Source: Squatina squatina (lineage: Eukaryota). Taken from it: a stretch of DNA of 33,005 bases. Of this stretch, positions 22,621 to 33,005 are shown piece after piece. The stretch covers positions 3,720,484 through 3,753,488 of the forward strand of contig JARFOE010000007.1 of the NCBI GenBank assembly GCA_031763465.1, given 5' to 3'. The notes under the pieces were generated by a model. It did not search any database. It was not told where the DNA came from and worked only from the letters and a program-made list of their open reading frames with translations. The position numbers and the translations under genes are program-made. Position 1 is the stretch's first letter; every line of letters begins with the position of its first letter.

Positions 22621-23137
22621 GTTGTCCTGTCCAATACATTATTGTTGTTGCGTGAAGGATATTCAGGGATTGCTGCATCCTTTCCAGCTTTTGCATGGGC
22701 CATCAACATACTTTGTTGAAATACATAACCTGCGACTGCAGGAGAGCAAAGCACAGAAGAACAAATTAAAGCTTCTGTGTTTTTTATCCTTGTTAATGTG
22801 TTGATATAAAATGAACAGAGACAGACAAGTTACACTGGTGGCAAGGAGGGACTGCATCAGCTCACCGATGAAACAGTGATACTCTCTGTGCAGTTCAGAG
22901 GATGTATTCCCACTCTATGCGCATATGCTGGTTGAAGCAGAATTGGAACAAGTAGAAGGCCTGACACAATAGGTCTTGCCTATCATGTGGCACTGAGGCC
23001 GAGCAACCTGCAAAAATATATGCAGCTGCTGGTCCACGCCATAAACGGCCATTGGCCCCTGCACATTACCCCAGGCATAGGTGACAGCATTACAGACATA
23101 GATTGTGCTGGCATCCACTCCAAACTGGACTTAAATT

Positions 23138-23256
23138 CAGAAAATGCTGGAAACGTCAGAGTTCTGACGAAAGGTCACTGGCCTGAAACGCTAATCCCCC
23201 ACCTTCATCTCTCCACAGATGCTTACTGGCCTGCTGAGTGTTTCCAGCAGTTTCTG
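23138..23256. mobile_element. Penelope-like-element-derived palindromic repeat with a hammerhead-like core
   Basis: Ends cagaaaatgctggaaac and gtttccagcagtttctg form a 16/17 inverted repeat. Internal ctgacga-aaggtcactggcct-gaaacg and ctctccacagatgc...cctgctgagt. Confidence 0.7.
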
Positions 23257-23838
23257 TTTGTGATATAGATGCAAGTATAACCCCGGGACAGGGGAGTTGC
23301 TCTGCATCAATCTGCTCTTCAGCTTCCTAACGTCAACAGCAGCAGCGGCGGCAGTTGCTAGGAGACCAGTCTACACCTCCCCCTCCCACCATTCTGCCAC
23401 AAGTGGTCCACTGGAAAGGAGTGGGGAAGAGTTACAAATCTTCAAAAATAAATTGAAGCATCCCCTTACTATTGCACTGCCTTTTTAAAAAAAAAATTCA
23501 AGTAAACCTGCTAGGGCCTTCAAGAGGTTAGTCAGCCGTAATACCATTAATTGGTCAAGCTGGACTTCGGCAAACTGATCTAAAGCTTCAGGAGTAAGTA
23601 ATTGGAAGAGAAATACTTGAGCTTTCAGTTTACACACTATTAGCCGTTAGATCACTAAATGAGTAGATTGGCTGCGGAGCAAGCATTAATCCCTCCATCC
23701 AGCAACGAGGAAGCTCAGGCTAATTAAATCTCTTGGCANNNNNNNNNNNNNNNNNNNNNNNNNNNNNNNNNNNNNNNNNNNNNNNNNNNNNNNNNNNNNN
23801 NNNNNNNNNNNNNNNNNNNNNNNNNNNNNNNNNNNNNN

Positions 23839-23905
23839 AGCACTGTGAGATGTCCGGTGGTCGTGAAAGGTGCTATTTAAATGCAAGTCTTTCGTTCTTT
23901 TGTTT
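23839..23905 (+). mobile_element. L2/Deu-SINE 3' tail
   Basis: gcactgtgagatgtccggtggtcgtgaaaggtgctatttaaatgcaagtctttc. Confidence 0.7.
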
Positions 23906-24539
23906 TTACTGAAATGGCAAGTATCTGACCTACAGTGACTCCCAGTCCATCAGTGCGTGTTATTACTTGTGTTGGTATAAATCATCCTGATATCCAAGTA
24001 TTCAAATGGTTTACCGAGCTACTTTAAGCTAAAGGCAACAACCTCTGATTCCTGAATTAAAATAAGCTTTAGCTACAAGAAGAACGGGCATAAGAGGATT
24101 TTTTGAACCACATTATTTTGAGTGGCTGTACACATGTTCTGAAGTAAATAAAAGAAACTATGCTGTGGCCAGAGTCTGGGCCTCAAAAGGCCACATAATT
24201 ATCTGTAGTCCTCTCCACAGTTATGCAATGCAAGTTATCAGCCAAAAAAACACATTCACAAACAGGAGTTTATTCAAAGTCATTTTATTAGTCATATTCA
24301 TATGTTTTAGAAAAGAAAGCAGCATTTGAGGTAAACCGTCCTTATTCTGAGTGGGTCTAACTCATAATAATGAGCCATGGCTGTTCTTTTTCATGTTCCA
24401 AACACTCTGAATGCAAGTCACTTTGGAATGAAGATGACCNNNNNNNNNNNNNNNNNNNNNNNNNNNNNNNNNNNNNNNNNNNNNNNNNNNNNNNNNNNNN
24501 NNNNNNNNNNNNNNNNNNNNNNNNNNNNNNNNNNNNNNN

Positions 24540-24815
24540 TCAAGTCCTAAATCAGAACCTGAATGTTAAAATCTAGGCCTTCACTCTCGTGGATGAGACA
24601 TGAAACCAAGTTTCTGTCTGATTATTGCAATGAATATTAAAGATTTCATATGTTCGAAGAGGAGCAGGGAGTTCTCTTGGAGCCCTGGCCAACATTCCCC
24701 CACCAGCAAACACCAACAAAGGATAAAGATTTCTATGTGGGTGATCTTACTGTGTGCAAAATTAGCTGGTGTGTTTGGCTACATAACAATAATTGCTGCA
24801 TTCCAAAAATAATTC
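24540..24815 (+). mobile_element. Degenerate Deu-domain SINE
   Basis: ggatgagacatgaaacc...ttaaagatttcat...gaagaggagcaggggagttctc...cctggccaacattcc...tgtgtgcaaaattagctg. Confidence 0.7.
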
Positions 24816-24875
24816 ACTGTGAGGAAAATTTGATGTGATTATTTTATTATTAATCTTCTTATTACTGTTTCGCAG

Positions 24876-25056
24876 GGTTGATAGTATATTTGGGAATGAT
24901 GGTAGGAGCCTTCATCTGGGGCGGTCTGGCAGATAAAATGGGCAGAAGGTATTGTCTGATCATTGCCCTCAGCATCAATGGAGTCTTTGTCATCTTCTCA
25001 TCGTTTGTCCAGGGCTACGGCATCTTCCTGTTCTGCCGACTACTTTCAGGAATTGG
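24876..25056 (+). CDS. SV2B: Synaptic vesicle glycoprotein 2B exon (N-terminal MFS transmembrane helices)
   Basis: Encodes (G)LIVYLGMMVGAFIWGGLADKMGRRYCLIIALSINGVFVIFSSFVQGYGIFLFCRLLSGIG, with MFS motif A (GGLADKMGRR) and the SV2-typical SSFVQGYG.FLFCRL.SGIG. Acceptor tttcgcag, donor gtaagt; 181 nt. Confidence 0.95.
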
Positions 25057-25627
25057 GTAAGTGAGTTGTATCTTTTGAAACAGGAGAATTAAAGTATGGT
25101 CACTGAGAACTAGCCTGGCTCTCTTGCCTCTGGGTTAAACACCCACACCAAGACTTGAATGCATAATGTAAAATGACTCTCCCATGCAATACTGCGGAAG
25201 ATGAAACTGAGGTATTGTTCAGGTGGATCTTGAGAGTTGCAGTGGGAGGACAATAGGGCTGATGTTCGGAAAGGTTGAGCTCAATGGGACAAAGGGCTAC
25301 CTTCACCTAAACTCTCTTGTGAAATTATACAGTGTGTTGAAAGCATGTTCAATGCTTGGCTGGCAGTGAGATTCTTTTGTAGAAAGAAAGAAAGGTTTTT
25401 ACAGCCAATTAAGTACTTTTTTTGGAGTGTAGTCACTGTTGTATAGGAGCATATATTGTATCATCTCCTTAGAGGTACAAGCTAATAAATCTGCTCAAAA
25501 TTGTAGAAAATTGATTAGAATTAATAGCTGCACTAATAGCTGCACAAAGAGATGTCAATATTGGAGAATATTGGTGACCGGTGGCCTAGTGTAAGCCCAA
25601 GAAAATCCGGCCTGTCGTCCCCTTTAA

Positions 25628-25739
25628 CCATAAGACGATAAGACCAAAAGAAGTAGGAACAGGAGTAGGCCATTCGGCCCGTCGAGCCCGCTCCACCATT
25701 CAATAAGATCATGGCTGATCCGACATTCCTCAAGTCCAC
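25628..25739 (-). mobile_element. CR1 3' tail
   Basis: aagtaggaacaggagtaggccattcggcccgtcgagcccgctccaccattcaataagatcatggctgatc. Confidence 0.85.
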
Positions 25740-25839
25740 NNNNNNNNNNNNNNNNNNNNNNNNNNNNNNNNNNNNNNNNNNNNNNNNNNNNNNNNNNNNN
25801 NNNNNNNNNNNNNNNNNNNNNNNNNNNNNNNNNNNNNNN

Positions 25840-26070
25840 GCGCAGACAGAGAGAGGGAGACAGTGACAGAAAAGGAGAGAGACAGGCAGAAAGAGAGAGA
25901 GAGAGCGAGAGAGAGCAGCATTAGCAATGTTAGAGAGATGAAGAGAGACAGCACAAGAGAGAGTGGGCAGCTTCAGCAATGTTAGGAAAAAGGAGAAAGG
26001 GGAGGGCACTAGTAATTTTAGAGTGAGGGAGGGAGCCATCATCAATGTTAAAGAGGAAAAGTGACATTAG
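25840..26070. repeat. GA-rich low-complexity/microsatellite region
   Basis: (GA)n tracts and a recurring agcaatgttag motif. Confidence 0.7.
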
Positions 26071-26182
26071 TANNNNNNNNNNTTTCTCTATTTTTTCTGG
26101 TGAATATTTATCTTTATTGAGGTGAGGGAGGTCTGTGGTGGGACATGGAACATCTTTTCCACTTTGGGCAACCACTATTGGC

Positions 26183-26358
26183 ATCCAACACGCCCAGATC
26201 TGGTACAGCAGGGCTTAGATTTAGAAAGAAGCACCCTCCGCACTGTCCCATCCAGCATCTCCAGATCTGGTGCATCATGGGATACCTTCAGAATGAAGCT
26301 CCTCCAATGCTATTCCAGGAAGGTGTCTTCACCCTAATTGCAGAAGAGAATCCCTCAG
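26183..26358 (+). repeat. ~67-bp tandem repeat (2 units), upstream copy of a local duplication
   Basis: catccaacacgcccagatctggtacagcaggg... and catccagcatctccagatctggtgcatcatggg...; resembles a common shark repeat. Confidence 0.65.
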
Positions 26359-26402
26359 TGGAGCACATGTGCCGTCTCACTTAACTCTGGTTTCTTTTCC
26401 AG

Positions 26403-26609
26403 ATCTGTTCCAGACAAGATTCATTGACAGCAGGTTTATAAATAGCACATTCCTCCACAACAAGGAAGGCTGCCAGATTGACTTCACTGATGACGCTGAA
26501 ACTGCATTTCTTACTTACTTGGTCAGTTTCCTGGGCTCCTTGGCTGTGTTGCCGGGAAACATTGTGTCTGCGTTGTTTATGGACAAAGTTGGAAGGATTA
26601 AGATGATTG
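26403..26609 (+). CDS. SV2B: SV2B exon: end of luminal domain 4 plus the following TM helix
   Basis: Encodes (D)LFQTRFIDSRFINSTFLHNKEGCQIDFTDDAETAFLTYLVSFLGSLAVLPGNIVSALFMDKVGRIKMI(G). Acceptor tttcttttccag, donor gtgagt; 207 nt, phase 1 to 1. Confidence 0.95.
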
Positions 26610-26696
26610 GTGAGTAGCCATTGATAATTTCACAAGGATCACTTAAAGGAAGTCATGTGGTGTCAACTTTTGTTTTGAAGGGAAGAAGTGTTAGTT

Positions 26697-26811
26697 TTAG
26701 AAAGAAACTTCCTCCGCACTGTCCCATCTAGCATTTCCAGAACTGCTACATCACGGGATACCTTCAGAATGAAGCTCCTCGAACTCTTGATTGCAGAAGA
26801 GCATCCCTCAG
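26697..26811 (+). repeat. Downstream direct-repeat copy of 26220-26358
   Basis: ttagaaagaa..cctccgcactgtcccatc...gggataccttcagaatgaagctcctc...attgcagaagag.atccctcag occurs on both sides of the SV2B exon. Confidence 0.85.
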
Positions 26812-26829
26812 ATTGGGGAGGACTTGGGG

Positions 26830-26930
26830 CTATGTATTTAAACTACGCAAATGTAGGAATAGGCTGGATGTTAGGCAGTTCTTCTTTTCACAGAGAGCCG
26901 TGAGCCTCTGGAATGACTTGGCAGTGGGTG
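26830..26930 (+). mobile_element. Old CR1 fragment
   Basis: Reads RLDVRQFFFSQRAVSLWNDL. Confidence 0.6.
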
Positions 26931-27264
26931 CTGACCAACGTGCCCGCTGAGCTGCGTTGCTGTATAATGGTCTGGAGGTCCCGCCTTGGCCACTCACTGC
27001 TTTGTACGTGGAAGAAACTGTGCAGGCGCAAACATTTGAATGGGCCGCACANNNNNNNNNNNNNNNNNNNNNNNNNNNNNNNNNNNNNNNNNNNNNNNNN
27101 NNNNNNNNNNNNNNNNNNNNNNNNNNNNNNNNNNNNNNNNNNNNNNNNNNNCTTATCTGGATGACCAGGTGTTGGTGTGTGGTGCAGGTCAATCAGGCAA
27201 AATAAGGATATGTTAGAAACAGAACTGAAGTGTAGGTCAGACAATAGTCAGGTTACATGTGTGA

Positions 27265-27450
27265 GCAAACAGAATGTAAAAAACGGTCGGTCAACATTTC
27301 AGGTCCAACAGTCCTGAGGTAAGGTCTTAGACAGGAAACATCAGCTGACTGGCTTCTGTTTTCCCACAGATGGTACCTCACCTGCTGAGTATATCCAGTT
27401 TCTTGTGTTTTGTTTTCAGATTTCCAGCATATGCAGTGTTCTGTTTTTAG
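27265..27450. mobile_element. Degenerate Penelope-like-derived repeat
   Basis: aacatttcaggtc...ctgaggtaaggtc...gaaacatc...cccacagatggtacctcacctgctgagtatatccag...ttcagatttccagcatatgcag; same family as 23138-23256. Confidence 0.65.
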
Positions 27451-27764
27451 GTAGTTTTCCTGTTTCATTCTTAATTTGATTGCATTTGCAACAGGCAGGA
27501 GAGAGTCCGAGAGGGATACAGAACAGAAGGATAGAGGAGGCTGAGGGGATACGGACAGACAGTGACTAACCACACAAAATGACAGGGATGAGCAAATAGA
27601 TAAAGCAGAATTTTGTTTTGGTGAGAATAGGGGCAGGAAGGAGAGAAAGAGCTCAGAAATCATTTGCTGTTATTGGTTAGCATAGAATTAAAGTTGTGCT
27701 GCATAAAATGTGTGCGTCCCATTTTGATTAATAAAATAATAGAGTCCAATAGCAATTAAAACCA

Positions 27765-28006
27765 GAGTCGTTATGGCACAGGAGTCCATAAAGCCCATCG
27801 AGTCCATGCCAAGTCTCTTTGGAGCAATCCAGTCAGTCCCACTCCCCCGCTCTTACCCTGTAACCCTGCAAGTTGATTTCCGTCAAGTGCCAATCCAATT
27901 TTCTTTTGTAATCATTGATCGTCTCCGCTTCCACCACCCTCGCAGGCAGCGAGTTCCAGGTCATCACCACTCGCTGCGTAACATAGAAACATGGAAGATA
28001 GAAGCA
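27765..28006 (-). mobile_element. CR1 3' fragment plus the start of a second CR1 tail
   Basis: Encodes TQRVVMTWNSLPARVVEAETINDYKRKLDWHLTEINLQGY; catagaaacatggaagatagaagc precedes the gap. Confidence 0.85.
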
Positions 28007-28106
28007 NNNNNNNNNNNNNNNNNNNNNNNNNNNNNNNNNNNNNNNNNNNNNNNNNNNNNNNNNNNNNNNNNNNNNNNNNNNNNNNNNNNNNNNNNNNNNN
28101 NNNNNN

Positions 28107-28241
28107 CTGGGTATATCAATATTTGCCTCATTTGTGGAGATAACTAAGGTGATCCCTATCTTGCTGGCTTCTATTGCGTTAGTAGGAGGTGCCCTCCTTG
28201 GCCTCCGCCTTCCTGAGACCCGGGAGCAAGTTCTGATGTGA
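28107..28241 (+). CDS. SV2B: SV2B terminal coding exon (5' part in gap) with stop codon
   Basis: Encodes LGISIFASFVEITKVIPILLASIALVGGALLGLRLPETREQVLM*, TGA at 28239-28241. LRLPETREQVLM is the recalled SV2B C-terminus (SV2A LKLPETRGQVLQ, SV2C LCLPDTRTQVLM). Not listed in the ORF track because there is no start codon. Confidence 0.95.
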   Translation: MGISIFASFVEITKVIPILLASIALVGGALLGLRLPETREQVLM

Positions 28242-29054
28242 GGGGCTCTCCAAACCACTTCTGGACTCACAGTATATGCACAGCTGCTAACCACTGTCCT
28301 TCCAGCCTAAAGCATCCACTCTACCATCTGTGCTTTCTGTGACTGGACATACTTGTGCTATCTGTACACTCAATACAGTTTCAAATAGCTAGTTAACATA
28401 TAATTACAGAAATCGTCCTGTACACATACCCCATAAGGCTGGGATGGGGAAGGTTGGAAACCATCGGGAGTGTTTTCATTGTTAAGTGTTGCGCGCTTCA
28501 AATTTTACATTAACCTGTTCTTGTGGTTCTCCCCTTCCTTTGCCTTTGCTAATGATCTATATTTCACTGCAATTGGATTTGCCCTTTTAAAGGGTGAGTT
28601 CTCCGACAGCAATTTTTAAGTCAGCCCACGGAATTCCTTCCAAGATTACATCATTTGGTATTGGTGGAGAGCCTCTCAAAACTGCTACAAACCATGAACC
28701 AGCACCATTGAAATTATGCTATCAATGGTTTGGATGAAATAACACTTGTACTTTTAAAGGGGCCATGTTCAGTCAACTGCCTGACTGTTATCTCATCTCT
28801 CCACCTTCAGCAAAGGTACACCAATGGGAACATATTCACTCAGCATGCTTATCCCATGATGGGCCTTCACCACTGGAGCCAGAAGAATTTTCAAAGCACC
28901 GGTTGCAGTAATCCACGGGGTTGAGGGCACCTTATTGCTCTCACTTGCCACAAGCGCCACACGAAAACGAAGCAAGCTTTCTTCCCCTCGCTCAGTGTTA
29001 GCCTGGCTCAGATGCTGGCACCCTCAGCCAGGAGTTCATGGGTTTAAGCCACAC
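28242..29054 (+). other. SV2B: Probable SV2B 3' UTR, up to the next gap
   Basis: Largely repeat-poor sequence contiguous with the stop codon; the true 3' end is not determined. Confidence 0.55.
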
Positions 29055-30811
29055 NNNNNNNNNNNNNNNNNNNNNNNNNNNNNNNNNNNNNNNNNNNNNN
29101 NNNNNNNNNNNNNNNNNNNNNNNNNNNNNNNNNNNNNNNNNNNNNNNNNNNNNNTTGCAAATAGCTCCAGCTTCAGCCTGGAACGAGGCAAACATATAAA
29201 ATTCATTGGAACAGTCACCTTCACAGTCACTGGCAATGCGGTACTTGGCCTGCTCTGGGGTTGTAGTTATGGCTGCAGCAGGTGGCAAATTTTAGTGAGG
29301 ATGTCCTTGGTGAAACACATTGTTTCTCACTAAGGTTCAGTTAGGAGGATTGTTCCCTGAACACCTTGGGTGGATATGGCCTCCTGCTCAGAGCTCTTCT
29401 CCCCCTCCTCCTCCTTTTTCTTCCAGTAGCTTGTCCTGATCTGTGTGCCATCTGTTGATTCTCCAAGATATGCTGCATTCCAAGGGGAATGTCTACTACT
29501 GCATCCACGTCTGGCAGTAAGTGGCTTATTCAGAAACCTTGAAGTCAGAAAAAATTACTTCAGCACATGCCACACTACTCCCTGTTGCATGCTGATTGAC
29601 ACCATGAACTGTTTATTCTGCATACTTCTGGCGGATGTTCAATGCACACGCGCAAATGCCCTCACCAATATGGCGTCCAGCACGATTCACCCCGCAAGTG
29701 TGGATACGCGCTGCGGACACCAATTGAAATCAAAACAGCACTCAGTGCAGAAAAAACAGGTGCTAAGTATCTGAATTTTCTATGGGGTTCAAATTCCCAC
29801 CTTTTCCAGTTTTAGCAAAAAATGGTGCGGGTAAAAAAATAACAAATACATCTTATTTGTTATAATTAGCAAATATGGGGATTTCAACCTCCACGTTTAT
29901 TGTAAAAGAGAGTGAAATATCAAATCGCCATTTACTTTAGGTATAGAATGCTAACCTTGAGAAGAGGTCTGTCTATCAGTGGGCACTCGTTTTCCTCATT
30001 CAGAACAAAACATCTCAGCTGTTAAACTGATGCTCACAGGAACAGTAAGATCAGTGTCTACTGGAGACCTTTCCTGCCCAGTCCACATCAGTTTGGCGGC
30101 TTGCTCTCTATGTGTTGTGAACCAATGTGTCCCTGTGGAGACTGAATGAATGACTACAGGCTGTTACAATAAATTCCAGGAAAAGAGTTTTGGAGAATGA
30201 TGGGTTTATCACATCCTGTGTTTTATTTTATTTTGTTGAAAAACACAATCGTTTTTCTTTCCTCAGAACTTTTTTTCCGCCCCCCCATCAACAGTCCCCC
30301 ACGCTGGATAATTTTACGATACTGCTTCAATTTGCTCTGATGGATGTCTGTTGGTGCAAAAGATTGAATTTTCTTTTTATTTTAAGCAGAGGGCGACCGG
30401 GCAGTTAGCATCTATACTCTTATCAACATGCAATGAAGCCTGACTCAATTTCTTCCTGTCCTCAGATGGATGATGAAATGTTATCCCATGTACCGAGGGT
30501 TATCGCCATTTTATAAACATTGAGTTTCGGCTAGGGAACCTGATAGCAACGAAATGAAATCAAAAGTGACATTTATGCACCCTCCACCCCCCCCACATTC
30601 TCATCCTCCATTGAAATGAATACATTTTTATATAAACTTACATTTATTCCGAACCAGTGTTTAGTTTGTTCCACGATATTTTAATGCACTCCCACTGCAA
30701 CAGAAAATGTATTTACTTTCTCGTCTCCAGTTCTATTCGCAGACACACTAAGGGTGGAAATTGTCTTTTTTCTGTCGTGTTCTCCTCTCGAGACAGTGCG
30801 CTCGCACTAGG

Positions 30812-30878
30812 TAGGGTGACCAGAAGTCACGGTTTTGCCGTGACAGTCCCAGTTTTTAATGCAATGTCCCGGTGTCCC
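30812..30878 (+). mobile_element. hAT (Blackjack/MER94-like) DNA transposon left end
   Basis: TAGGGTGACCAGA...ggttttgccgtgacagtcccagttttt...gtcccggtgtccc; interrupted by a CR1 tail. Confidence 0.65.
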
Positions 30879-30954
30879 ATAGAAATATAGAAAATAGGAG
30901 CAGGAGTAGGCCATTCGGCCCTTCGAGCCTGCTCCGCCATTCAATATGATCATG
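30879..30954 (-). mobile_element. CR1 3' tail inserted in the hAT element
   Basis: atagaaatatagaaaataggagcaggagtaggccattcggcccttcgagcctgctccgccattcaatatgatcatg. Confidence 0.88.
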
Positions 30955-31396
30955 NNNNNNNNNNNNNNNNNNNNNNNNNNNNNNNNNNNNNNNNNNNNNN
31001 NNNNNNNNNNNNNNNNNNNNNNNNNNNNNNNNNNNNNNNNNNNNNNNNNNNNNNGAAAGTCAGAACTGAAATGGGTTATTCATCAAAAACAGATTTGTCG
31101 TGTATTTTCTCTTTCAAATTATTTTCGTCTATCTACCCGGTATTGATGCTTGTCACATGGGACTGTTTTTCTAAGTCATGCAGCCATCAATCTTACAATC
31201 CCAGTATTTGCTAATCACAAAGGCATGGACTAGAGTCACAAGATTAATGTCACCTTGACTGAAAAACGCAGGCGTGCATAAGAAATGCCATTCGGTCTCC
31301 GGCAAATCTATTCGAATAGACTAGAATTTGATGCGTTTGCATTAATGCACTTTTTTATTTGGCCGAATTAGTAATGCACTGCATAACCATGGCTCT

Positions 31397-31419
31397 TATA
31401 TATCTATATCTATCTATAC

Positions 31420-31447
<28 letters not shown>
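31397..31447. repeat. (TA)n/(TATC)n microsatellite
   Basis: tatatatctatatctatctatacacatatatatatatatatatacacatat. Confidence 0.9.
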
Positions 31448-31450
<3 letters not shown>

Positions 31451-31609
31451 GTTTCAGCCTTGGCTAGCTGTTTATGGTAGGAGTGGGGAAGAGGCAAGTT
31501 CAGGCTAGATCGCTTTCTCTACAAGAGTTTTGAATAATCAGTAGGTGGCTCGCTCTATGCCATTCAAACAAGATATGGTTCCGTAGCTGCCAACAGATGT
31601 CCACTACCT

Positions 31610-31915
31610 GACCCAGTGGCCATTGTCCGCATGTGAGCCTGGTCAGAGGGTGGTGACATGCTCTTCAGCTGTGGAGCCCATCACAATCAAGCCCAATCCT
31701 GGTGGCCACATGCACCCACTTTCCAGGAGAGGGTCACTGACCACCGATTCCTGCCCGATTATATTTTCCACCTCTCCGGTCCAGGGCCCTAGAACCAGTC
31801 ATTGCACTCATTGCATTGCCCCTGCTGAGATTAGGCAGGGCACTCAGCAAGGAGCAGAGATCAACTTGGAACTTCTTTATACGGATGGCTCCAGGTCGTG
31901 TATTTATCCATTGTA
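31610..31915 (-). mobile_element. Old tRNA-derived SINE
   Basis: Reverse complement carries blocks recalled from a shark SINE family (tgctgagt...atctcagc, tcagtgaccctctcctggaaagtgggtgcatgtg, ggctcacatgcggacaatggccactgggt). Confidence 0.5.
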
Positions 31916-33005
31916 GTCTCTTCCAATAGCTCTGACAATTTAAACAAATCACAGTGAGCTATTTTAATAGTGAATGTGCTAATACGTAGCATGAAATTTC
32001 TGTGCTAGTTTGATGAATGCAGAGGTTAAAACCCTTTAACAAAATAGCAGGCAAACCACACAGTGCAATTTCAACCCAAAAGTTTGGGCCCTCAAATTAC
32101 ACTGTGGGATACTCGCATAAAGACACTTAATCCATGCACACAAAATTCATTCCTTTTTATCATAGCTGTTCATATTAAAATGGGAAACACCTCCATTAAA
32201 ATAAAGGAGGAAGGACCTTCATATGCACACATTAAACATTCATGTCCGACTGTGTAGGTTTAAGGCCTTGATAGCAAAAGCCACGATAGGTGCTGCTCAG
32301 CAGGTGGTCTGTTGCGATGGGAAACTGTATATTTCTGATGAGAATGGCCCCTTTAAGATGGTTGAACTGATTCTTGTTATTTTCTGCTGCTCTGAGGATT
32401 TAAACTTAATCTTGCAGCTTAGTGTCGGATTCTAGCAAATCTAAAAATGTAATAGTCATCCCAAAAATTGTACCCATCAGACCACGGTTTAGTCAAGCAA
32501 AGCAAAATGTAACTAGGTTTCCTGTCTCCTCGATTATTGCATAACTATAAATACATCTTCAAAGAAGCTGCTTGCATTTCTGGCTCTATTCCCATCAGAA
32601 GATATAGGACAGGTGGTCAGCCGGCCCAGAGGCTGGCCTTGCATGCAAAGAGCATCTGGTGTAGCGAACAATCAGGGTTCAGTTGGTGCTTGTCCACTAA
32701 TGTGGCCACCTGTCCTTCTGCCTCTCAACTTGCCCATCTTACAATGGAGCCCTCTCACTGGCTCAAAATCTATATTTAGGTTCTGATAGCTGTAGCCTTG
32801 ACAGCTTGGGCTGATTTTTACATCTGCGTGGCAGTTTTCTGTCGCAATTAGCTGTCTCCTGAACTGACACCTGGAGTGCTTTCGGTGAACTTTTGCGTTC
32901 ATCAAGGTGACGGAGATGACGAGCTATTTCACTTCCTGGCACCTGGTATCAGCATCAGTCACTTCCAGGTATAAAGCAGGAGCTAGATGCAAAAATAAAG
33001 CTCCC

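Noticed and set aside
30168-30173. AATAAA as the SV2B polyadenylation signal
   Set aside because: Separated from the last exon by a gap of unknown size, so it cannot be linked to the transcript.

Overview
Vertebrate genomic DNA, most likely a shark or other cartilaginous fish judging by its CR1/L2 LINEs, Deu-domain SINEs and Penelope-type repeats. The scaffold is heavily gapped: fifteen 100-N gaps, four 10-N gaps and two larger gaps. Two known genes sit head to head. AKAP13 (AKAP-Lbc) is on the minus strand, with N-terminal exons at 11579-11726 and 6546-6842 and the 3' part of a large acidic exon at 2124-3150. SV2B is on the plus strand, with exons at 24876-25056 and 26403-26609 and the last coding part at 28107-28241. 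Most exons of both genes are missing, presumably inside the gaps. Between them I find three plus-strand exon-like segments with canonical splice sites (17598-17789, 21526-21609, 21774-22025). They join in phase 0 into a 175-aa open frame I do not recognise, ending in a His/Pro/Gly hexapeptide repeat; this candidate unannotated gene is the most novel item. Other oddities are a chimeric ~205-bp insert breaking the large AKAP13 exon, a frameshifted coding relic that may be Maverick/Polinton-derived, direct repeats flanking an SV2B exon, a Penelope-type element with a hammerhead-like core, and an LF-SINE-like element. All gene and family comparisons are from memory; no searches were run.
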